Shown piece by piece: positions 24,201 to 36,344 of a stretch of 64,000 bases of DNA. Position numbers and translations under genes: made by a program. The notes beneath the pieces are model-generated. The model was given only the letters and a program-made list of their open reading frames with translations. It was not told where the DNA came from and searched no databases. Position 1 is the stretch's first letter; the number at the start of each line of letters is the position of its first letter. Source of the DNA: the human T2T-CHM13v2.0 reference genome, Homo sapiens; assembly GCF_009914755.1 (NCBI RefSeq), contig NC_060929.1; one strand, written 5' to 3'.

Positions 24201-27200
24201 CTCAGAAACTTCTTTGTGATGTGTGCGTTCAACTCACAGAGTTTAACCTTTCTTTTCATAGAGCAGTTAGGAAACACTCTGTTTGTAAACTCTGCAAGTG
24301 GATATTCGGACCTCTTTGAGGCCTTCGTTGGAAACGGGATTTCTTCATACTGTGCTAGACAGAAGAATTCTCAGTAACTTCCTTGTGTTGTGTGTATTCA
24401 ACTCACAGAGTTGACCGATCCTTTACACAGAGCAGACTTGTAACACTCTTTTTGTGGAATTTGCAAGTGGAGATTTCAGCCGCTTTGAAGTCAAAGGTAG
24501 AAAAGGGAATATCTTCCTATAAAAACTAGACAGAATGATTCTCAGAAACTCCTTTGTCATGTGTGCGTTCAACTCACAGAGTTTAACCTTTCTTTTCATA
24601 GAGCAGTTAGGAAACACTCTGTTTCTAAAGTCTGCAAGTGGATATTCAGACCTCTTTGAGGCCTTCGTTGGAAACGGGTTTTTTTCATATAAGGCTAGAC
24701 AGAAGAATTCCCAGTAACTTCCTTGTGTTGTGTGTGTTCAACTCACAGAGTTGAACTTTCATTTACACAGAGCAGATTTGAAACACTCTTTTTGTGGAAT
24801 TTGCAGGTGGAGATTTCAAGCGCTTTGAGGCCAAAGGCAGAAAAGGAAATATCTTCGTATAAAAACTAGACAGAATCATTCTCAGAAACTGCTCTGCGAT
24901 GTGTGCGTTCAACTCTCAGAGTTTAACTTTTCTTTTCATTCAGCAGTTTGGAAACACTCTGTTTGTAAAGTCTGCACGTGGATAATTTGACCACTTAGAG
25001 GCCTTCGTTGGAAACGGGTTTTTTTCATGTAAGGCTAGACAGAAGAATTCTCAGTAACTTCCTTGTGTTGTGTGTATTCAACTCACAGAGTTGAACGATC
25101 CTTTACACAGAGCAGACTTGTAACACTCTTTTTGTGGAATTTGCAAGTGGAGATTTCAGCCGCTTTGAAGTCAAAGGTAGAAAAGGAAATATCTTCCTAT
25201 AAAAACTAGACAGAATGATTCTCAGAAACTCCTTTGTGATGTGTGCGTTCAACTCACAGAGTTTAACCTTTCTTTTCATAGAGCAGTTAGGAAACACTCT
25301 GCTTGTAAAGTCTGCAAGTGGATATTCAGCCCTCTTTGAGGCCTTCGTTGGAAACGGGTTTTTTTCATATAAGGCTAGACAGAAGAATTCCCAGTAACTT
25401 CCTTGTGTTGTGTGTGTTCAACTCACAGAGTTGAACTTTGATTTACACAGAGCAGATTTGAAACACTCTTTTTGTGGAATTTGCAAGTGGAGATTTCAAG
25501 CGCTTTGAGGCCAAAGGCAGAAAAGGAAATATCTTCGTATAAAAACTAGACAGAATCATTCTCAGAAACTGCTCTGCGATGTGTGCGTTCAACTCTCAGA
25601 GTTTAACTTTTCTTTTCATTCAGCAGTTTGGAAACACTCTGTTTGTAAAGTCTGCACGTGGATATTTTGACCACTTAGAGGCCTTCGTTGGAAACGGGTT
25701 TTTTCCTGTAAGGCTAGACAGAAGAATTCCCAGTAACTTCCTTGTGTTGTGTACATTCAACTCACAGAATTGAACGTTCCCTTAGACAGAGCAGATTTGA
25801 AACACTCTTTTTGTGCAATTGGCAAGTGGAGATTTCAAGCGCTTTAAGGTCAATGGCAGAAAAGGAAATATCTTCGTTTCAAAACTAGAGAGAATCATTC
25901 CCAAAAACTGCGTTGTGATGTGTTCGTTCATCTCACAGAGTTTAACCTTTCTTTTCATAGAGCAGTTAGGAAACAGTCTGTTTGTAAATTCTGTAAGTGG
26001 ATATTCTGAAATCTTGTGGCCTTCGTTGGAAACGGGATTTCTTCATATTCTGCTAGACAGAAGAATTCTCAGAATCTTCCTTGTGTTGTGTGTATTCAAC
26101 TCACAGAGTTGAACGATGGTTTACACAGAGCAGATTTGAAACACTCTTTTTGTGGAATTTGCAAGTGGAGATTTCAGCCGCTTTGAGGTCAATGGTAGAA
26201 AAGGAAATATCTTCGTATAAAAACTAGACAGAATGATTCTCAGAAACTTCTTTGTGATGTGTGCGTTCAACTCACAGAGTTTAACCTTTCTTTTCATAGA
26301 GCAGTTAGGAAACACTCTGTTTGTAAACTCTGCAAGTGGATATTCAGACCTCTTTGAGGCCTTCGTTGGAAACGGGATTTCTTCATACTGTGCTAGACAG
26401 AAGAATTCTCAGTAACTTCCTTGTGTTGTGTGTATTCAACTCACAGAGTTGACCGATCCTTTACACAGAGCAGACTTGTAACACTCTTTTTGTGGAATTT
26501 GCAAGTGGAGATTTCAGCCGCTTTGAAGTCAAAGGTAGAAAAGGGAATATCTTCCTATAAAAACTAGACAGAATGATTCTCAGAAACTCCTTTGTCATGT
26601 GTGCGTTCAACTCACAGAGTTTAACCTTTCTTTTCATAGAGCAGTTAGGAAACACTCTGTTTCTAAAGTCTGCAAGTGGATATTCAGACCTCTTTGAGGC
26701 CTTCGTTGGAAACGGGTTTTTTTCATATAAGGCTAGAGAGAAGAATTCCCAGTAACTTCCTTGTGTTGTGTGTGTTCAACTCACAGAGTTGAACTTTCAT
26801 TTACACAGAGCAGATTTGAAACACTCTTTTTGTGGAATTTGCAAGTGGAGATTTCAAGCGCTGTGAGGCCAAAGGCAGAAAAGGAAATATCTTCGTATAA
26901 AAACTAGACAGAATCATTCTCAGAAACTGCTCTGCGATGTGTGCGTTCAACTCTCAGAGTTTAACTTTTCTTTTCATTCAGCAGTTTGGAAACACTCTGT
27001 TTGTAAAGTCTGCACGTGGATAATTTGACCACTTAGAGGCCTTCGTTGGAAACGGGTTTTTTTCATGTAAGGCTAGACAGAAGAATTCTCAGTAACTTCC
27101 TTGTGTTGTGTGTATTCAACTCACACAGTTGAACGATCCTTTACACAGAGCAGACTTGTAACACTCTTTTTGTGGAATTTGCAAGTGGAGATTTCAGCCG

Positions 27201-27849
27201 CTTTGAAGTCAAAGGTAGAAAAGGAAATATCTTCCTATAAAAACTAGACAGAAAGATTCTCAGAAACTCCTTTGTGATGTGTGCGTTCAACTCACAGAGT
27301 TTAACCTTTCTTTTCATAGAGCAGTTAGGAAACACTCTGTTTGTAAAGTCTGCAAGTGGATATTCAGACCTCTTTGAGGCCTTCGTTGGAAACGGGTTTT
27401 TTTCATATAAGGCTAGAGAGAAGAATTCCCAGTAACTTCCTTGTGTTGTGTGTGTTCAACTCACAGAGTTGAACTTTCATTTACACAGAGCAGATTTGAA
27501 ACACTCTTTTTGTGGAATTTGCAAGTGGAGATTTCAAGCGCTTTGAGGCCAAAGGCAGAAAAGGAAATATCTTCGTATAAAAACTAGACAGAATCATTCT
27601 CAGAAACTGCTCTGTGATGTGTGCGTTCAACTCTCAGAGTTTAACTTTTCTTTTCATTCAGCAGTTTGGAAACACTCTGTTTGTAAAGTCTGCACGTGGA
27701 TAATTTGACCACTTAGAGGCCTTCGTTGGAAACGGGTTTTTTTCATGTAAGGCTAGACAGAAGAGTTCTCAGTAACTTCCTTGTGTTGTGTGTATTCAAC
27801 TCACACAGTTGAACGATCCTTTACAGAGAGCAGACTTGTAACACTCTTT

Positions 27850-30800
27850 TTGTGGAATTTGCAAGTGGAGATTTCAGCCGCTTTGAAGTCAAAGTAGAAA
27901 AGGAAATATCTTCCTATAAAAACTAGACAGAATGATTCTCAGAAACTCTTTTGTGATGTGTGCGTTCAACTCACAGAGTTTAACCTTTCTTTTCATAGAG
28001 CAGTTAGGAAACACTCTGCTTGTAAAGTCTGCAAGTGGATATTCAGCCCTCTTTGAGGCCTTCGTTGGAAACGGGTTTTTTTCATATAAGGCTAGACAGA
28101 AGAATTCCCAGTAACTTCCTTGTGTTGTGTGTGTTCAACTCACAGAGTTGAACTTTGATTTACACAGAGCAGATTTGAAACACTCTTTTTGTGGAATTTG
28201 CAAGTGGAGATTTCAAGCGCTTTGAGGCCAAAGGCAGAAAAGGAAATATCTTCGTATAAAAACTAGACAGAATCATTCTCAGAAACTGCTCTGCGATGTG
28301 TGCGTTCAACTCTCAGAGTTTAACTTTTCTTTTCATTCAGCAGTTTGGAAACACTCTGTTTGTAAAGTCTGCACGTGGATATTTTGACCACTTAGAGGCC
28401 TTCGTTGGAAACGGGTTTTTTTCCTGTAAGGCTAGACAGAAGAATTCCCAGTAACTTCCTTGTGTTGTGTACATTCAACTCACAGAGTTGAACGTTCCCT
28501 TAGACAGAGCAGATTTGAAACACTCTTTTTGTGCAATTGGCAAGTGGAGATTTCAAGCGCTTTAAGGTCAATGGCAGAAAAGGAAATATCTTCGTTTCAA
28601 AACTAGAGAGAATCATTCCCAAAAACTGCGTTGTGATGTGTTCGTTCATCTCACAGAGTTTAACCTTTCTTTTCATAGAGCAGTTAGGAAACAGTCTGTT
28701 TGTAAATTCTGTAAGTGGATATTCTGACATCTTGTGGCCTTCGTTGGAAACGGGATTTCTTCATATTCTGCTAGACAGAAGAATTCTCAGAATCTTCCTT
28801 GTGTTGTGTGTATTCAACTCACAGAGTTGAACGATGGTTTACACAGAGCAGATTTGAAACACTCTTTTTGTGGAATTTGCAAGTGGAGATTTCAGCCGCT
28901 TTGAGGTCAATGGTAGAAAAGGAAATATCTTCGTATAAAAACTAGACAGAATGATTCTCAGAAACTTCTTTGTGATGTGTGCGTTCAACTCACAGAGTTT
29001 AACCTTTCTTTTCATAGAGCAGTTAGGAAACACTCTGTTTGTAAACTCTGCAAGTGGATATTCAGACCTCTTTGAGGCCTTCGTTGGAAACGGGATTTCT
29101 TCATACTGTGCTAGACAGAAGAATTCTCAGTAACTTCCTTGTGTTGTGTGTATTCAACTCACAGAGTTGACCGATCCTTTACACAGAGCAGACTTGTAAC
29201 ACTCTTTTTGTGGAATTTGCAAGTGGAGATTTCAGCCGCTTTGAAGTCAAAGGTAGAAAAGGGAATATCTTCCTATAAAAACTAGACAGAATGATTCTCA
29301 GAAACTCCTTTGTGATGAGTGCGTTCAACTCACAGAGTTTAACCTTTCTTTTCATAGAGCAGTTAGGAAACACTCTGTTTCTAAAGTCTGCAAGTGGATA
29401 TTCAGACCTCTTTGAGGCCTTCGTTGGAAACGGGTTTTTTTCATATAAGGCTAGAGAGAAGAATTCCCAGTAACTTCCTTGTGTTGTGTGTGTTCAACTC
29501 ACAGAGTTGAACTTTCATTTACACAGAGCAGATTTGAAACACTCTTTTTGTGGAATTTGCAAGTGGAGATTTCAAGCGCTGTGAGGCCAAAGGCAGAAAA
29601 GGAAATATCTTCGTATAAAAACTAGACAGAATCATTCTCAGAAACTGCTCTGCGATGTGTGCGTTCAACTCTCAGAGTTTAACTTTTCTTTTCATTCAGC
29701 AGTTTGAAAACACTCTGTTTGTAAAGTCTGCACGTGGATAATTTGACCACTTAGAGGCCTTCGTTGGAAACGGGTTTTTTTCATGTAAGGCTAGACAGAA
29801 GAATTCTCAGTAACTTCCTTGTGTTGTGTGTATTCAACTCACAGAGTTGAACGATCCTTTACACAGAGCAGACTTGTAACACTCTTTTTGTGGAATTTGC
29901 AAGTGGAGATTTCAGCCGCTTTGAAGTCAAAGGTAGAAAAGGAAATATCTTCCTATAAAAACTAGACAGATAGATTCTCAGAAACTCCTCTGTGATGTGT
30001 GCGTTCAACTCACAGAGTTTAACCTTTCTTTTCATAGAGCAGTTAGGAAACACTCTGTTTGTAAAGTCTGCAAGTGGATATTCAGACCTCTTTGAGGCCT
30101 TCGTTGGAAACGGGTTTTTTTCATATAAGGCTAGACAGAAGAATTCCCAGTAACTTCCTTGTGTTGTGTGTGTTCAACTCACAGAGTTGAACTTTCATTT
30201 ACACAGAGCAGATTTGAAACACTCTTTTTGTGGAATTTGCAAGTGGAGATTTCAAGCGCTTTGAGGCCAAAGGCAGAAAAGGAAATATCTTCGTATAAAA
30301 ACTAGACAGAATCATTCTCAGAGACTGCTCTGTGATGTGTGCGTTCAACTCTCAGAGTTTAACTTTTCTTTTCATTCAGCAGTTTGGAAACACTCTGTTT
30401 GTAAAGTCTGCACGTGGATAATTTGACCACTTAGAGGCCTTCGTTGGAAACGGGTTTTTTTCATGTAAGGCTAGACAGAAGAGTTCTCAGTAACTTCCTT
30501 GTGTTGTGTGTATTCAACTCACACAGTTGAACGATCCTTTACAGAGAGCAGACTTGTAACACTCTTTTTGTGGAATTTGCAAGTGGAGATTTCAGCCGCT
30601 TTGAAGTCAAAGTAGAAAAGGAAATATCTTCCTATAAAAACTAGACAGAATGATTCTCAGAAACTCCTTTGTGATGTGTGCGTTCAACTCACAGAGTTTA
30701 ACCTTTCTTTTCATAGAGCAGTTAGGAAACACTCTGTTTGTAAAGTCTGCAAGTGGATATTCAGACCTCTTTGAGGCCTTCGTTGGAAACGGGTTTTTTT

Positions 30801-33800
30801 CATATAAGGCTAGACAGAAGGATTCCCAGTAACTTCCTTGTGTTGTGTGTGTTCAACTCACAGAGTTGAACTTTCATTTACACAGAGGAGATTTGAAACA
30901 CTCTTTTTGTGGAATTTGCAGGTGGAGATTTCAAGCGCTTTGAGGCCAAAGGCAGAAAAGGAAATATCTTCGTATAAAAACTAGACAGAATCATTCTCAG
31001 AAACTGCTCTGCGATGTGTGCGTTCAACTCTCAGAGTTTAACTTTTCTTTTCATTCAGCAGTTTGGAAACACTCTGTTTGTAAAGTCTGCACGTGGATAA
31101 TTTGACCACTTAGAGGCCTTCGTTGGAAACGGGTTTTTTTCATGTAAGGCTAGACAGAAGAATTCTCAGTAACTTCCTTGTGTTGTGTGTATTCAACTCA
31201 CAGAGTTGAACGATCCTTTACATAGAGCAGACTTGTAACACTCTTTTTGTGGAATTTGCAAGTGGAGATTTCAGCCGCTTTGAAGTCAAAGTAGAAAAGG
31301 AAATATCTTCCTATAAAAACTAGACAGAATGATTCTCAGAAACTCTTTTGTGATGTGTGCGTTCAACTCACAGAGTTTAACCTTTCTTTTCATAGAGCAG
31401 TTAGGAAACACTCTGCTTGTAAAGTCTGCAAGTGGATATTCAGCCCTCTTTGAGGCCTTCGTTGGAAACGGGTTTTTTTCATATAAGGCTAGACAGAAGA
31501 ATTCCCAGTAACTTCCTTGTGTTGTGTGTGTTCAACTCACAGAGTTGAACTTTGATTTACACAGAGCAGATTTGAAACACTCTTTTTGTGGAATTTGCAA
31601 GTGGAGATTTCAAGCGCTTTGAGGCCAAAGGCAGAAAAGGAAATATCTTCGTATAAAAACTAGACAGAATCATTCTCAGAAACTGCTCTGCGATGTGTGC
31701 GTTCAACTCTCAGAGTTTAACTTTTCTTTTCATTCAGCAGTTTGGAAACACTCTGTTTGTAAAGTCTGCACGTGGATATTTTGACCACTTAGAGGCCTTC
31801 GTTGGAAACGGGTTTTTTTCCTGTAAGGCTAGACAGAAGAATTCCCAGTAACTTCCTTGTGTTGTGTACATTCAACTCACAGAGTTGAACGTTCCCTTAG
31901 ACAGAGCAGATTTGAAACACTCTTTTTGTGCAATTGGCAAGTGGAGATTTCAAGCGCTTTAAGGTCAATGGCAGAAAAGGAAATATCTTCGTTTCAAAAC
32001 TAGAGAGAATCATTCCCAAAAACTGCGTTGTGATGTGTTCGTTCATCTCACAGAGTTTAACCTTTCTTTTCATAGAGCAGTTAGGAAACAGTCTGTTTGT
32101 AAATTCTGTAAGTGGATATTCTGACATCTTGTGGCCTTCGTTGGAAACGGGATTTCTTCATATTCTGCTAGACAGAAGAATTCTCAGAATCTTCCTTGTG
32201 TTGTGTGTATTCAACTCACAGAGTTGAACGATGGTTTACACAGAGCAGATTTGAAACACTCTTTTTGTGGAATTTGCAAGTGGAGATTTCAGCCGCTTTG
32301 AGGTCAATGGTAGAAAAGGAAATATCTTCGTATAAAAACTAGACAGAATGATTCTCAGAAACTTCTTTGTGATGTGTGCGTTCAACTCACAGAGTTTAAC
32401 CTTTCTTTTCATAGAGCAGTTAGGAAACACTCTGTTTGTAAACTCTGCAAGTGGATATTCAGACCTCTTTGAGGCCTTCGTTGGAAACGGGATTTCTTCA
32501 TACTGTGCTAGACAGAAGAATTCTCAGTAACTTCCTTGTGTTGTGTGTATTCAACTCACAGAGTTGACCGATCCTTTACACAGAGCAGACTTGTAACACT
32601 CTTTTTGTGGAATTTGCAAGTGGAGATTTCAGCCGCTTTGAAGTCAAAGGTAGAAAAGGGAATATCTTCCTATAAAAACTAGACAGAATGATTCTCAGAA
32701 ACTCCTTTGTGATGAGTGCGTTCAACTCACAGAGTTTAACCTTTCTTTTCATAGAGCAGTTAGGAAACACTCTGTTTCTAAAGTCTGCAAGTGGATATTC
32801 AGACCTCTTTGAGGCCTTCGTTGGAAACGGGTTTTTTTCATATAAGGCTAGAGAGAAGAATTCCCAGTAACTTCCTTGTGTTGTGTGTGTTCAACTCACA
32901 GAGTTGAACTTTCATTTACACAGAGCAGATTTGAAACACTCTTTTTGTGGAATTTGCAAGTGGAGATTTCAAGCGCTGTGAGGCCAAAGGCAGAAAAGGA
33001 AATATCTTCGTATAAAAACTAGACAGAATCATTCTCAGAAACTGCTCTGCGATGTGTGCGTTCAACTCTCAGAGTTTAACTTTTCTTTTCATTCAGCAGT
33101 TTGAAAACACTCTGTTTGTAAAGTCTGCACGTGGATAATTTGACCACTTAGAGGCCTTCGTTGGAAACGGGTTTTTTTCATGTAAGGCTAGACAGAAGAA
33201 TTCTCAGTAACTTCCTTGTGTTGTGTGTATTCAACTCACAGAGTTGAACGATCCTTTACACAGAGCAGACTTGTAACACTCTTTTTGTGGAATTTGCAAG
33301 TGGAGATTTCAGCCGCTTTGAAGTCAAAGGTAGAAAAGGAAATATCTTCCTATAAAAACTAGACAGATAGATTCTCAGAAACTCCTCTGTGATGTGTGCG
33401 TTCAACTCACAGAGTTTAACCTTTCTTTTCATAGAGCAGTTAGGAAACACTCTGTTTGTAAAGTCTGCAAGTGGATATTCAGACCTCTTTGAGGCCTTCG
33501 TTGGAAACGGGTTTTTTTCATATAAGGCTAGACAGAAGAATTCCCAGTAACTTCCTTGTGTTGTGTGTGTTCAACTCACAGAGTTGAACTTTCATTTACA
33601 CAGAGCAGATTTGAAACACTCTTTTTGTGGAATTTGCAAGTGGAGATTTCAAGCGCTTTGAGGCCAAAGGCAGAAAAGGAAATATCTTCGTATAAAAACT
33701 AGACAGAATCATTCTCAGAGACTGCTCTGTGATGTGTGCGTTCAACTCTCAGAGTTTAACTTTTCTTTTCATTCAGCAGTTTGGAAACACTCTGTTTGTA

Positions 33801-34640
33801 AAGTCTGCACGTGGATAATTTGACCACTTAGAGGCCTTCGTTGGAAACGGGTTTTTTTCATGTAAGGCTAGACAGAAGAATTCTCAGTAACTTCCTTGTG
33901 TTGTGTGTATTCAACTCACACAGTTGAACGATCCTTTACAGAGAGCAGACTTGTAACACTCTTTTTGTGGAATTTGCAAGTGGAGATTTCAGCCGCTTTG
34001 AAGTCAAAGTAGAAAAGGAAATATCTTCCTATAAAAACTAGACAGAATGATTCTCAGAAACTCCTTTGTGATGTGTGCGTTCAACTCACAGAGTTTAACC
34101 TTTCTTTTCATAGAGCAGTTAGGAAACACTCTGTTTGTAAAGTCTGCAAGTGGATATTCAGACCTCTTTGAGGCCTTCGTTGGAAACGGGTTTTTTTCAT
34201 ATAAGGCTAGACAGAAGGATTCCCAGTAACTTCCTTGTGTTGTGTGTGTTCAACTCACAGAGTTGAACTTTCATTTACACAGAGGAGATTTGAAACACTC
34301 TTTTTGTGGAATTTGCAGGTGGAGATTTCAAGCGCTTTGAGGCCAAAGGCAGAAAAGGAAATATCTTCGTATAAAAACTAGACAGAATCATTCTCAGAAA
34401 CTGCTCTGCGATGTGTGCGTTCAACTCTCAGAGTTTAACTTTTCTTTTCATTCAGCAGTTTGGAAACACTCTGTTTGTAAAGTCTGCACGTGGATAATTT
34501 GACCACTTAGAGGCCTTCGTTGGAAACGGGTTTTTTTCATGTAAGGCTAGACAGAAGAATTCTCAGTAACTTCCTTGTGTTGTGTGTATTCAACTCACAG
34601 AGTTGAACGATCCTTTACATAGAGCAGACTTGTAACACTC
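27850..34640 (+). repeat. Near-perfect tandem duplication of a 3397-bp 20-mer
   Basis: Rare variants recur at +3397: GATGAGTGC (~29314/32711), TTTGAAAACAC (~29703/33100), AGATAGATTC (~29968/33365), CAGAGACTG (~30319/33716), AAGGATTCCC (~30818/34215), AGAGGAGAT (~30884/34281), TTACATAGAG (~31218/34615). Confidence 0.92.
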
Positions 34641-36344
34641 TTTTTGTGGAATTTGCAAGTGGAGATTTCAGCCGCTTTGAAGTCAAAGGTAGAAAAGGAA
34701 ATATCTTCCTATAAAAACTAGACAGAATGATTCTCAGAAACTCCTTTGAGATGTGTGCGTTCAACTCACAGAGTTTAACCTTTCTTTTCATAGAGCAGTT
34801 AGGAAACACTCTGCTTGTAAAGTCTGCAAGTGGATATTCAGACCTCTTTGAGGCCTTCGTTGGAAACGGGATTTCTTCATACTGTGCTAGACAGAAGAAT
34901 TCTCAGTAACTTCCTTGTGTTGTGTGTATTCAACTCACAGAGTTGACCGATCCTTTACACAGAGCAGACTTGTAACACTCTTTTTGTGGAATTTGCAAGT
35001 GGAGATTTCAGCCGCTTTGAAGTCAAAGGTAGAAAAGGGAATATCTTCCTATAAAAACTAGACAGAATGATTCTCAGAAACTCCTTTGTCATGTGTGCGT
35101 TCAACTCACAGAGTTTAACCTTTCTTTTCATAGAGCAGTTAGGAAACACTCTGTTTCTAAAGTCTGCAAGTGGATATTCAGACCTCTTTGAGGCCTTCGT
35201 TGGAAACGGGTTTTTTTCATATAAGGCTAGACAGAAGAATTCCCAGTAACTTCCTTGTGTTGTGTGTGTTCAACTCACAGAGTTGAACTTTCATTTACAC
35301 AGAGCAGATTTGAAACACTCTTTTTGTGGAATTTGCAGGTGGAGATTTCAAGCGCTTTGAGGCCAAAGGCAGAAAAGGAAATATCTTCGTATAAAAACTA
35401 GACAGAATCATTCTCAGAAACTGCTCTGCGATGTGTGCGTTCAACTCTCAGAGTTTAACTTTTCTTTTCATTCAGCAGTTTGGAAACACTCTGTTTGTAA
35501 AGTCTGCACGTGGATAATTTGACCACTTAGAGGCCTTCGTTGGAAACGGGTTTTTTTCATGTAAGGCTAGACAGAAGAATTCTCAGTAACTTCCTTGTGT
35601 TGTGTGTATTCAACTCACAGAGTTGAACGATCCTTTACACAGAGCAGACTTGTAACACTCTTTTTGTGGAATTTGCAAGTGGAGATTTCAGCCGCTTTGA
35701 AGTCAAAGGTAGAAAAGGAAATATCTTCCTATAAAAACTAGACAGAATGATTCTCAGAAACTCCTTTGTGATGTGTGCGTTCAACTCACAGAGTTTAACC
35801 TTTCTTTTCATAGAGCAGTTAGGAAACACTCTGCTTGTAAAGTCTGCAAGTGGATATTCAGCCCTCTTTGAGGCCTTCGTTGGAAACGGGTTTTTTTCAT
35901 ATAAGGCTAGACAGAAGAATTCCCAGTAACTTCCTTGTGTTGTGTGTGTTCAACTCACAGAGTTGAACTTTGATTTACACAGAGCAGATTTGAAACACTC
36001 TTTTTGTGGAATTTGCAAGTGGAGATTTCAAGCGCTTTGAGGCCAAAGGCAGAAAAGGAAATATCTTCGTATAAAAACTAGACAGAATCATTCTCAGAAA
36101 CTGCTCTGCGATGTGTGCGTTCAACTCTCAGAGTTTAACTTTTCTTTTCATTCAGCAGTTTGGAAACACTCTGTTTGTAAAGTCTGCACGTGGATATTTT
36201 GACCACTTAGAGGCCTTCGTTGGAAACGGGTTTTTTCCTGTAAGGCTAGACAGAAGAATTCCCAGTAACTTCCTTGTGTTGTGTACATTCAACTCACAGA
36301 ATTGAACGTTCCCTTAGACAGAGCAGATTTGAAACACTCTTTTT
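31928..36344 (+). repeat. Longest HOR structural variant in the window, 26-mer (4417 bp)
   Basis: a2 markers at 31928 and 36345 with none between; contains four extra 4-mer modules plus a b4/b3 hybrid monomer at ~34727-34909. Confidence 0.88.
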